From the NCBI RefSeq assembly GCF_038025025.1, contig NW_027117351.1, positions 62,001 through 126,000 of the forward strand: DNA of 64,000 nucleotides, written 5' to 3'. A program made the translations under genes and the position numbers. Origin of the DNA: Phyllosticta citribraziliensis (taxonomy: Eukaryota). Shown in pieces: positions 46,688-57,512 of the stretch. Position 1 is the stretch's first letter. Each line of letters begins with the position of its first letter. The notes beneath the pieces were generated by a model that saw only the letters and a program-made list of their open reading frames with translations, was not told the origin of the DNA and ran no database searches.

Positions 46688-49600
46688 GGTGGTTGGTGAT
46701 GATGTGGGAGTGTTGTTTGTGTTTATAAATTTGTTGCGTCGATTCCTCCGCTCTTCTCTTCTCTTTTCTCTTTTCTTTTCTTTTCTTTCCTGTGCTCTTT
46801 TTTCGCTCTGTCTCAAGGCACCCACGCAGGCAGGCCTGCCCTCTTTATGCACCGCACCCCTCTACACACAGATCGTCCACACAAACGGTCCCTTCCCTGC
46901 TCTGCTCTGCGTGCTCTGCTCTGCCCTGCACAGCGCACCGCAGCGGTTCAGTCCGGTCCCCTCGTCTCGCTTGGTTCCTTCCTTTCTGGGCGGCCAGGGT
47001 GGGTGCCTGAGATCTACTCTTTAACCCTCCCTCCCTCGCTCGTGTCTGCAAGCAAGCAATCAAGCACACCACACGCGCTCCCCCCGTCCTCAGGCGGAAA
47101 GCCAAGGCAAGATGGGCGCGCGCGCTTCAGTGAACGAGGCAGCACTCCAAACACGTCTGTCCGTCCGTCCGCTCCTCTGGTCGAGCCTCAAGCGAGCGAG
47201 TAAGCGCGCTCAAAAAAGCAAACGCCCCACTTATTTCTCCTGTCGTCGCAGGTTGCCCGTGCCCGGCGCAGACGGTTCCTTTCTGGGCCGCTCGCTTAGG
47301 ATGCGTAGATGAGAGGAGTGTTTGGGGATGGTCGCGCACGGACCCGAGGATAGACGAGGTGGTTGGCGGTTGGCCTTGATAAACGATGGTGGATGATGGG
47401 TGGTTGATGGCAATGAATGCCTTCTTCCCTACTGCTTTCCGCGCTCCCTCAATCAATCAATCGTCCTGTCGCGTTGACTGTTCAGCCGCAGCAGGAGAAA
47501 CAGCAGTCGAAGCCCGGATACAAAGAGAAGCGATTCGCCTGCTGGCTGGCTGAATGGCTGGCTTCAGATATAAGCGCCGTCCGTCCGTCCGTCTGTCCGT
47601 CAACCCGTCGGCAAATTCAAAAGAACGTCTTTATTTTCCGTCGGTATAGGATGTCTGTCAATGCGTACGTACACAGATCGACAAGGTGAAAATCATTGAC
47701 GGAAAATCTCTCGCCTATGTATACCCCAATCCAGCAGCTGGATAAATACCTACGTGCGTGCGTGCGAGGAGAGGAGCGGTGACGTGGGTCGCGTATACAG
47801 TACCTACCTACCAGTAAAGCGAATGAACTACCTCTTACCGGCCTGGAGACGTATGGGCGGGACGGCTGCGTGCGCGCGGTGCATCATGCAAGGTCGTGCA
47901 AGGCGACGCGTGACCTGACCTCGACCCCGAATCGTCACTTCCACCACCATTACCACTATTACCTTTCCCACACCACGCGGATGGTTGACCAACATCTACG
48001 TCCGCGCAGCTTCGGGTCATTCAATTTTTTCCCACGCATACACTACGGACAGAAGATGTCGTGCGCGTCAGAGACAGAGATAGAGGGAGCCGCGTTTGTA
48101 AGTGCTTCCATAATGCGAACCTACGGAGCCGAGCCATGCGCCTGCTAAACGAAGCAATGGAAGCAAGGTGTGGAGGGCGAGGGGGTGGAGGCAATTGGTT
48201 GGTTGGTTGGAAGGTAAAAATAGATGATGAGAGCGGCGGCGGCGGCGGCAACGAGGCTTAGTCCCATCTGCTGAATCGATAGACTCTGTTGATGTAGGTT
48301 GGTAGGTGGATAGAGACTCACGGCGGCTGCGTCCCCTGCACTGAGTTTTCGATGTTTTGTATCGTGTGCCGACGGCCTGCTACAGGAGGAAGAGAAGAAC
48401 ACTGCGGAAAGACAGCAGTGCCGTGTACAAAGAGACAGGAGAGGAAGCGCAAAAAGAGACGAGAGAAGAAAGCCTGCCTGTACGCGGATAGCTATCGTGG
48501 CGGTCAGTTCAAGCATAGCAGCCTACCAGCATCTACCCTGCGAGACACTACAAACCCTGCCGCCCATCTCGCTGTGGTGGTGTGGTGGTGGTGCAGTTTG
48601 TGCTTGCTTCCTCGCCGAGTGTCGCGAATTGTCGGTCACCAAGGTCTGATCGGTGCAGGTAGGCCGCGTACTGTCCTGTCCTGCCCTGTACACGGCGAGT
48701 AAGCGGCACAGCAAACACTTCAACTGACCTTTGGCATTCAGTGAACCAAACCGCCGCCTCCGCATAGGCGCACGACAGTCCCCTTGCCCGCAAATTCAAC
48801 ATTCTCGAGGGCCGTGTCGGAAACTGGCCGCAATGGAGCTTGGATCAGCTTAGATTGTGTTCCTCAGCGTCGTCGTCGTCTTCGTCAGACAGGCGCTTTG
48901 CTAAGAGAAAGAGCGAGAGCCTTGCTACGTCACGGCGAGACAAAAAGCTGCTGTCTCTTTCTCTGGTTCACTGACGAGCGCTTCGGCGCATTGCTTCTGA
49001 CAGGGAAGGCCGTTATGCCGCAGCGTCTGCCCTTTTGTCGAAACAGAGGATCCGCGAGAGGCGTAAGTAGGGCTGGCTATGTTTTTTGGCACAACTGGTT
49101 GAATGGCAGCACGATAGCTGGACATGCGGGAATCGCAATGGGAGGGCCATCAACGAACGTAGGCTCGATGGGTTGAGGGGGTGTCTGGGTCACGAAAAGT
49201 AGACGGAAAGACAACGATGCGCGATAGTGATAGGCGTGGCGTGGCGTGTAGACGCCCGTTTCATGGACCGCCGCAGCGGCGGCAGATGAACATGGCCGGC
49301 CGATAACGCGGAGGCGCTAGATTGGACAAGCGCAAAACAGGTGCATCTTTTTGGCCAGACGGAAGGAAAGGTGTTGCGGGGTAGTTGTATCTTGAGTTGT
49401 GATATGGGGGCTAGCCGGTTCAGGCTATTTGATGCGTCCATGTCGGCAAAAAGGCCAGTGTGTGGCTGACGACGTCTCTGGCTTGGTGGACGACGGAAAG
49501 GATATCAATGGTGCGAATGAATGGCGAGAGTGGGTAGTGATGAAAAGGAGCCGTCTCGAACGTCGAGGCCAATAGACGGCGCATGATAAGCGGCGGGTCG

Positions 49601-50698
49601 TAGATCTTGCAATACTGACCGGTATATGGCAGAACCATGCCGTTTCGCGAGCAGCAGGGTTGCCAAGCTTCAAGTGTTGTCGATGAAGGATTTGGTGGAA
49701 GTCAGAGGCCGACTTCTGTGCGTAGCGTCGAGCACAAGGACAGTTCCGAGGTGTTTTGAAGAAGAAGAAGCATTCGACAAAAATCTGGATGAGATGAGCG
49801 AGGGCGGGCCGGTCCGTGGCAAAGGGACCCTGCCTTTGGTAGATGGAAAGGTGGAGAGGTTGCCGAAGAGGGTTGCCAGGCTAGACCCTGGGTTCGTTGC
49901 ATATCGACGTTCGACAGCTCAATGCCATGATGTGACCGGTCAGCGAAGGTGATGCGACGCGGACGAGGTGATGGAAATGTGGGCAGCGAGCGAGTCTCGA
50001 CCGCTGACGTCGACAGGGGAACAAAGAGTGAAACTCGGAGAACAGAGGTTGGAGGAGAGGAAAAACATTGTTCCCGCGTCGGAGGTCCCCGCTCGAGCAT
50101 CTCACTCCACAATCAGCCAAGTCGCCACGCCGTCTCACGCGATGACCTCTCCACCATCTGCTGGCCTCTCCCTTTGCTCATTCAGTCCAACCCGGCGCGT
50201 CTTCGTTTTTCTGGGCCTGAAGAATTCTCGGGCAATGCAGGAGACGCGCATGCAGACTCTCTGATGAGCCTTGCGTGCAGTAGTAGCCCATCATCAGCCG
50301 ACTGTTGCGAGATGCAGACGACTGCGTATTAGCTGCCAATGGCCATATATCAATTTCAGCCTCTGCCCGTGTCATCTGCCATCTCCAGCATCCAAATCCA
50401 TCTCGATTCTTGTATAGCCGAGGATCCCGATCGACAGCCTTGACCTCATACCCCGTCGTCTCCGCATCCTCAAACGGCAATCCAGCATTGCACCGCCTCC
50501 TCTCCACATACACTACGCTAGCCGCCTCACCTCAAAGGAACGCGCAGTCACCTGTCCTAGCGTGCCTTGATTACGTCCATCTCTCTCCACTCTCGAGGCG
50601 CTCGACTATTTACCCCGACCATGGCTCCCCGTCCGTTTTCCACTGCCGCCCGTGTCCACCCCGCAATCCCCGTCTTCCACCCCCAGATTGTCGCCAAG

Positions 50699-51138
50699 AT
50701 GCAATCCTCTGTCGCCTCGCCTTCGTCCGCAGCTTCAAGAGTGAAGATGCTCGGTCGTCGAGTTGCTCTGCCAGCTACTGGCGTCCTCGCCTTGGGTACG
50801 TTACGCCACCCATCTCCCACGCCTCCCGTCTCCGAGTCCTCCGCCAGGCTTCTTGTCGAAACTATTGCTAACGCCATCATCGTAGGCGTCGCTGTCTCTG
50901 CCTACGTCGACAAGCGCCGCGCATACTCCAGCCCTGCCGCCTCACAAGCACATACGCTCGCCGACCAACAGCAAAAGGAGCGCAACGCCGCCCTCACCGC
51001 CGCATACGGCGACCGCTCCAGCCTAGAAGACATCCAAAAGGCCATGGAGATGTATGAGGTAAGGAGCTCATTCTTGAAGCGCTGGCATTCTTGAACACTT
51101 GCTAATGAGCCATCCAGGACTCAACAGAGCAAAGATGA
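50699..51138 (+). CDS. Small fungal single-pass protein of unknown function (start 50699 or 50747); introns 50796-50885, 51059-51117
   Basis: MLGRRVALPATGVLALG|VAVSAYV...ERNAALTAAYGDRSSLEDIQKAMEMYE|DSTEQR*; two canonical introns with CTAAC/CTAAT branch points; CT-rich leader. Confidence 0.7.
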
Positions 51139-51683
51139 TTGCTCCTCTGCCATTCCGCGATACCTCCTTTCTTTTTTCGGCGTCATATCATTTGGGCGTT
51201 AGTCACGTCCTGTAGCGTTGGATGACTTGGGATCTTGGGCGTTGGGAAAACAGTGCCGCAGTGCATGCATGATGGGACGGCGTTTGGCTTGTAGGAGCTG
51301 CGCGTGAAGAGCGACAGCTCGACGATTTTGGTCTTGTCATTACTCTTGTCTCGAGCCACGCTGGCCGACCTGAAAAGGCGGCGGCGATGGGAGAATCCAC
51401 CCTTGACTGTGCTTGTGCCTTCCTTGCTCTTCTGTTGGTCGCGTGCCTCGTAAAACTGACCGAATCTTGGCTGCGCTGTTTCGATTCATGCAGACGGTGA
51501 ACTGACTTGGTGTCGTGGCAGAAAGTTCATCCGCGTTAGGTTGCCGCACGTTTGCAGTCCAATGGCCCCCAACTCGGCCATGACTAATCTGTGGGGAAAC
51601 AGCTGGATCCCCGACAACCTCCGACGTGACGACGACGACTGACGACTCGACTCGACTCGACTCGGAAATCTCTCGCACCCATC

Positions 51684-52070
51684 ATGTCCAAGTCCTTCCT
51701 CATCGACGTGCGCTCGCCCGAAGAGTTCGCCACGGGCGGCATCGATGGCGCCATCAACATCGAGTACACCAACATCAGCCAGCTCGCAGCGGACCCGCGC
51801 GTGGAAAGAGGCGACGACATCACCCTCTACTGCCGGTCTGGCCGCCGGTCAGCCATTGCCCTCGACACGCTCAAGTCGCTCGGCTTCCGCAAGGCTCGTG
51901 ACATTGGCAACTTGGAGGAGGCCCAAGAGACGCTGCAACGCGAGAAGGAGGTCAAGGCGAAGCCTGCGCCGGAGCCTGTGCCCAGCGACGTCGATGAGCA
52001 CCCTGCGTCCAAGGAATCGTTGGAGAGCTCAACCAAGACGCTTTTGGATGGGTTGAGGGCTTTGGAGTAG
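51684..52070 (+). CDS. Single-domain rhodanese-like sulfurtransferase; intronless
   Basis: LIDVRSPEEF..G.IDGAINI and active-site loop LYCRSGRRS followed by LKSLGF. Confidence 0.88.
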   Translation: MSKSFLIDVRSPEEFATGGIDGAINIEYTNISQLAADPRVERGDDITLYCRSGRRSAIALDTLKSLGFRKARDIGNLEEAQETLQREKEVKAKPAPEPVPSDVDEHPASKESLESSTKTLLDGLRALE

Positions 52071-54669
52071 GCGAAAGGTGTCGTTGGCATGATGAGGCCA
52101 TCGGAAAATCGCCGGCATGGCGTGAAAGAGCTTGGAGTTGTTGAGGTCCGGGTGGAGAGTGTAGCTTCGGCCTTCAGCCTCTGGCGCCAGCCCCTCTGTA
52201 CGATGCCGGTCGAGAAACTCCGAGTCAAACAGACCCGACGGACAGTCGCAGCGGAATCGCCAATTTTCAACGTTTTCGTCCGAGCATCAATGCGGGACTC
52301 GTCACGACCAATTGCATCCTGGACCGCTGATGTTTGCCCTCCGCCTGCAACCTTCCGCCTGAGCTGAAGCGATTGCGGACTTCATTCTTTTGTAACAGAA
52401 TAGGCACGTTGCAGCCGGAGATGCTTATCCGCTCGCTTGCCCTGGTCGCCCCCGATGCGCGCGTCTCCCGAAACGAACGCGGAGGACTTGGACCGTCGAC
52501 TCTGTGGAGTCGTGGGAAAGCTTTTCCTTCAGAGTCTGCGGACACTCTCGGTGTTGCACCGCAGCCCGCCGAATATCTTCAGCATAGACACAATCAAATC
52601 GCGGGTGTGGCTTGGCTACATCTGTTCAGCATCCGCCGTTGACGCATGGAAAAGAAAGACCTTCAGATTCATGCATCCACCGGTCCTGTCCATGACACTA
52701 TTGGAAAGTACCGTCCGAAAGAATCATCGACAGCGCAAGGCACAGCGTCAACCATGTTCCTGTACCCTCGACGCCTTCTCCCCAAGACGGGACGGAGCTA
52801 ATTGGCGCGGGTCCCCAGACCGTACGCGCCTGAAGAAAGCTCGCACCAAGCACCTCCTCCAGCCCTGTGCGACGAGCAGCGCGCCCGTCACTGGCCAACG
52901 ATGCTGCACGCAGCCGCCCTCGCCGTGGCCCGCGCGCCGCAGCGACCCTTGTCCGGGCGCAAGGCCCTCTCCCACACCTCATCGCTCGATCGCGCTTTTC
53001 TGCCCGTTCCTGCAGGCTTTTGGCTCCTTTGCGCTCATCGTCGGGCCCTGAGATCGCATGCTCCAGCCTACCCACCGCGCCGGTCGTCGGATCCTGCGTG
53101 GGCGTCCGGGTTCTGGGGAGGCAGCGACGATACCGGGGTTGGTGGCCGTGCTGGTGCGCGATGCAGAGGCTATGCGGGCGAGGCGCTGTGGAACCATGTC
53201 GTGCTACGGTTGGCGGTGGCCCTTGACAGGAGTTGGACCGCCTGGCTGCTGCGGTGAAGATTGATGGTCTTTTGCCCATGTCTATATTTGCCTTTTTTTC
53301 TCGCCAGACTGCTTCCTGATGGACCTGATTTCATCGTTCCGTATCATGCGATGGGCTCTGACGCGCGCAAGTGGAATTCTTCTCCTCCCTCTTCAGCAGC
53401 TGCACACGAGGGACGCTCTTACGCAACCGCACTCTTCTCTTCCCCTTCTCTCTTCTTCACCTTCCGGTCGCGACGCTCCTTTCTCTGCCCTTAGCCGCCC
53501 GAGCGCTTAGTGCAGAAGCAGTCGCCAGCTCCGTCCTTGGATGTTTTGGCTTTTCTGCTTCGACGCTTCTTCCTTTGCAAGCGAGTGCACGAGGAAGGCT
53601 GCCTCGCTACGCTACAGTATGCCACCTTTTGGTCTCAGGGGCGGGACTAGACAGCGTCTGTATGCTTCCTAATCGAGTGAGGATATGATGCAACAGCTTG
53701 CGTGCTAGCCAGCAGGCAGGTAGGCTATACGGGCAAAAATATATCTTCCTTTGCGCTCCACGGTTGCTCCTTGCTCTGGGGGGCTGTCGTGAGCGTGCGT
53801 CTTCAGCGTCGTGCGTAGACGCGGCACGTCATGCAACGCCACTTCTTCGAGCACTGCAGCTACTTACCTACATACCTACCTAGCTAAGTATCCAAACAGA
53901 AGGGAGACCAGGGAGAACGCGAACGGCTGGGCGTGCGGCATCATCTGCTTTTGTCATTGTGGGGGCGTGGGGTGCGCGACGGGATGCCGAAAAACATCTA
54001 TATCATCCTACGTTGAACAGATGTCTATATGCATGTGTCTACATTGTGCAGACTGGCAGGCTAGCATGACGGGAAGCGGTCCATACATTGATCTACGTAT
54101 CTTTGAAGTTCGTTCGTTGCCAGGACATTTATCTGTCAGTCTGGGGGTCCGCCCGATAGTTCCATAGTGCGAGTATTGCTATGGATGATGCCATTGTTGC
54201 TGAGCGTTGATTACCTTACCTCTACCACTTTAGTGCTTCAAAACTGCAAACGCGAGAACAAGAACGGTAAAACAGTGCCGCGCCTATGCTCCTGCCTGCC
54301 TACCAGACGGCCACCATCTATTTCTTCCATCTCGTTGTAATCCAGCTTTTGACATTTGGTTCTGGGCTGAAGAGGTGGCTTAAGTAGGTAGGAATTGGTG
54401 TGATGGATGTCGAGATTGGACGGAAGCACTGGCTCTGTTATTGCTTGCTTTGCGGTAAGCAGCAGCCAGAGGAAGCAGTGAGAATCATGTGGTATGCTGC
54501 TGGGCTATGGATTGGTTGGGAACCACCCCTATTTGGTGTCTTGATCACTGTTGCTGACACATGGCGAATGCGTTATGAGGAACGAGAATTTACGCTTCTT
54601 TTTATTTTCTCCACGTCTCCAACCCACGTGCACATCTACACACGTCCCTGGTATCTATATTCCATCACA

Positions 54670-56709
54670 CTACGACCCCTTCAACACCTCCACAACATTC
54701 TTCTCCACCCCCTTATACGCCTCCCTAACCGCAGGACTGAAATGATGCCGCAGCAGGTGGCCCTCCCAGACGGTACTCGCAAACGGATTGCTAGCCTCGA
54801 GCCGGCCGCGGCCGCCCGCCAGCAGAGGGTCCCACACGCCATCGCCCTTGCGCTCCTCCGTGTTCCACAGCGCGGCGACCTTGCGGCCGTGCACGCGCGT
54901 CACCTTGTTGAGCAGCGCGAGCAGGGCGCGGGTCGACTTCTCGGGCAGGTGGAGCGAGGCCGTGAGCAGGGTCTTGGTGAAGGCGGCGAGGCGGGTGGGC
55001 GGCACGGCGCGGATGGCCGTGTTGGCGGGGAGGAGAGTCGAGGAGAGGGCGCGGAGGAGGAGGACCGCGGTCGTCGAGGCGTTGACTTTGTTGTTTGCGG
55101 TCGGGGTTGAGATTGATGGGTCGGGGAGGTGCAGCGATTGCGCCGACAGCTCGATGTCGGCGTTGAGCGACGCGGGATACAGCGTCCGGTACAGATGCGT
55201 GATGAAGAAGTCCAGGTCCAAGTGCAGCCCCGATGCCGCCTTGGTGGCGTCTTGACCCTGCAGCAAGGCAAAGGCCGTGATGACGCAGAGCAGCGACTCG
55301 CGCGTGGCGTTGCGTGCAGCAATGGACGCGGCGTCGGCATCATTCTCCACATCCTCGTCTACCGTGTCGAGCTCCTCAGCGTCGGTGATGAGGTCCTTGA
55401 GAGCTTCGAGAATGTCGCCGAAAAAGTCTTGGTTGATGAGGTGCGAGTACCTCGCCAGGCCTTCGAGCACGGCACCCATGAGGCTGGGCGCTCGCGACTT
55501 GAGGATGCGAAAGTACGTGACGAAGACGAGCTTGAGCGACTCGGATTGCATGCGGTCGCGCTCTTCGTGGCTGACGGCGGCGTCTGCCTCCTTCATTTCT
55601 TTTTCGATTGACTTTTGCTCCTTCATGAGCTTGCGCTGCTTCTTGGTGCGGAACTCTTTCTTGTAACTCTTCTTGCCTCTCGGCCTGTCTTCTTCTACCT
55701 TGTCGATCCTGTCGTATGAACCCTTGGAGGAGAACTCGGAGAGAAGGCGCAGGTGTAGGAAGGTGTTGAGAACCGATTCGTGGACATTGTAATGCCGGGC
55801 CTTGATCATCCTTGTAATCATCTGGACGGCCTCCAGCGAAGCGTTGCCATCCTCGTCTTCTTCAAACAGCTTTTCAATTGTTGACCGGCACTTGGCAAAG
55901 TCTGCATCGATGGACTTGGTGCTGAGCTTGTCGACCAGAATCTTGAGCAAGTCGCCGCGAAAGTTGAAGTGCGGGACTTGAAGGAGTAAGTTGCAAGCGC
56001 AGCCGATTGCTACAGTCGCCAGGCTTCGCAAATCCTCGGGGGCATCCTGCTTGCTATTCTTTGCGCATTTTGCCAACGCGGAAAGATAGTCCTTGTATCC
56101 GTGTACCAAGCTTTGCTCAAACGACCTGAGCCTCTTGACGTCCTTGGAAAGTTTCTCTTTCAACGCATCGTCTCCCATGGCCCTGATCCTATACCCTGGA
56201 ATGATGTCCTTGTAAACGGCAGCCTGCGTCGCCAGCGCCAACTTTTTGATCGTGACATTGCTCGAATCCGCAATATGAGCCAATTGCTTCAAGCCGCCGA
56301 CGTGCTCCTCGGGATCCTCGTTGATCGTCTCGGCAAATTTCGCCAGCTCTTCCTTGGCCTCGAATATTTGCTGTCGCAGTGTCTTGACCGGTTTGGTTTC
56401 CTCCTCTTCCTCGACTTCTTCAGACTCTCCCTCGTCGCTTGATGTGCCGAGAAAGCTGTCATTGTCCACCTCTTCCGACTTTTCCGGCTCCGGCACTGCG
56501 AGTTGTTGAATCAACCCATCTGGCGTCTTGATTGGCAGCCTGTTTGCATCCTTCTTCTTCTCGTGTTTGCGCGGGCGCTGCTCGTAATCCTGCTCTGCGT
56601 CCCAACCAGCCGTGACTTTTCCGTGCCTTGATTTGGCAGGCGTTTGGGTAGCGAATTTGTCGTCGGCCGACTCGGGCGGCGATAAGCGGCGTCTTTTGGC
56701 GGCAGGCAT
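54670..56709 (-). CDS. NOC3: Nucleolar complex-associated protein 3 (CBF/Mak21 domain); intronless
   Basis: EQDYEQRPR, RLPIKTPDG, AVYKDIIPGYRIR, PHFNFRGDLL, GAVLEGLARYSHLINQDFFGDILEALK, SNPFASTVWEGHLLRHHFSP. Confidence 0.94.
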   Translation of the reverse strand: MPAAKRRRLSPPESADDKFATQTPAKSRHGKVTAGWDAEQDYEQRPRKHEKKKDANRLPIKTPDGLIQQLAVPEPEKSEEVDNDSFLGTSSDEGESEEVEEEEETKPVKTLRQQIFEAKEELAKFAETINEDPEEHVGGLKQLAHIADSSNVTIKKLALATQAAVYKDIIPGYRIRAMGDDALKEKLSKDVKRLRSFEQSLVHGYKDYLSALAKCAKNSKQDAPEDLRSLATVAIGCACNLLLQVPHFNFRGDLLKILVDKLSTKSIDADFAKCRSTIEKLFEEDEDGNASLEAVQMITRMIKARHYNVHESVLNTFLHLRLLSEFSSKGSYDRIDKVEEDRPRGKKSYKKEFRTKKQRKLMKEQKSIEKEMKEADAAVSHEERDRMQSESLKLVFVTYFRILKSRAPSLMGAVLEGLARYSHLINQDFFGDILEALKDLITDAEELDTVDEDVENDADAASIAARNATRESLLCVITAFALLQGQDATKAASGLHLDLDFFITHLYRTLYPASLNADIELSAQSLHLPDPSISTPTANNKVNASTTAVLLLRALSSTLLPANTAIRAVPPTRLAAFTKTLLTASLHLPEKSTRALLALLNKVTRVHGRKVAALWNTEERKGDGVWDPLLAGGRGRLEASNPFASTVWEGHLLRHHFSPAVREAYKGVEKNVVEVLKGS

Positions 56710-56888
56710 CGTGGTGGGCGAAATTCTGCTGCGGAGGTGGTTTGGCGTCGCGGCGGCCAGAAAAAATCCCAGGGCAGCGCGCGCGATCAGAGGGCGGTGA
56801 GACTTTCTGCCGGCGGCAGCCAAGCCATGACCAAAAAGTTATTTCGACATCCAACATCTCAAACACCATCCCACCCGGCAATCTCAAA
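56710..56888. promoter_or_regulatory. 179-bp bidirectional promoter shared by NOC3 and NIP7
   Basis: Head-to-head ATGs; A-tracts (AAAAAATCC, AAAAAGTTATTT) and PAC-like GCGGTGAG/GCGATCAG are imperfect matches. Confidence 0.6.
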
Positions 56889-57512
56889 ATGCGGTCTCTC
56901 ACGGAAGACGAGACCAAGACGCTCTTCGAGAAGCTTGCCAACTACACCGGGCGCTCCCTCAACAACCTCATCGCGCCTGCCGTCACCTCGGGCGACTCCA
57001 AGCACGACGAACGCTACGTCTTTCGCATTCAAAAGGACCGCGTCTACTACGTTCGCGAATCCATTGCCAACCTCGCCACCAGCGTCGCTCGCCTCAACCT
57101 GCTCTCCCTCGGCACCTGTGTTGGCAAGTTCACCAAGACGGGCAAGTTCCGCCTGCACATCACCGCTCTGGACGCAATCGCCCCCCATGCTCGCTACAAG
57201 GTGTGGATCAAGCCCAACGGCGAGATGCCGTTCTTGTACGGTGGAAATGTTTTGAAGGCGCACGTGGGAAGATGGAGTGAGGACTGTCCCGAGCATCAGG
57301 GAGTCGTGGTTTATGCCATGGATGACACGCCGCTGGTACGTTTGAGCGACATTCTCTGCAACATTGCGACTAACTAGTACCAGGGATTTGGCGTCACATC
57401 TAGATCGACTGCCGAAGCGAGACGTCTGGATCCTACCGGCATTGCTACATTCAGGCAAGCCGACATTGGCGAGTATCTCAGAGAGGAAGACACGCTCTTC
57501 ACCACGACTTGA
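56889..57512 (+). CDS. NIP7: 60S ribosome biogenesis factor Nip7 (PUA domain); one intron
   Basis: [76 protein letters not shown]...[17 protein letters not shown]. Confidence 0.96.

Noticed and set aside
46996..47030. GGGTGCCTGAGAT resembling the 5' part of a TPP riboswitch
   Set aside because: Downstream conserved aptamer elements are absent and no thiamine gene is adjacent.
52437..53279. Overlapping ~200-aa ORFs on both strands
   Set aside because: GC-rich, Arg/Pro/Ala-biased, no motifs or codon bias; cannot be supported as genes.
56710..56823. N-terminal extensions in the ORF track for NOC3, NIP7, the dioxygenase, Alt a 1-like, NSE4 and PIK1
   Set aside because: They derive mostly from non-ATG starts, leaders or intron read-through; family-typical N-termini begin at the ATGs I report.
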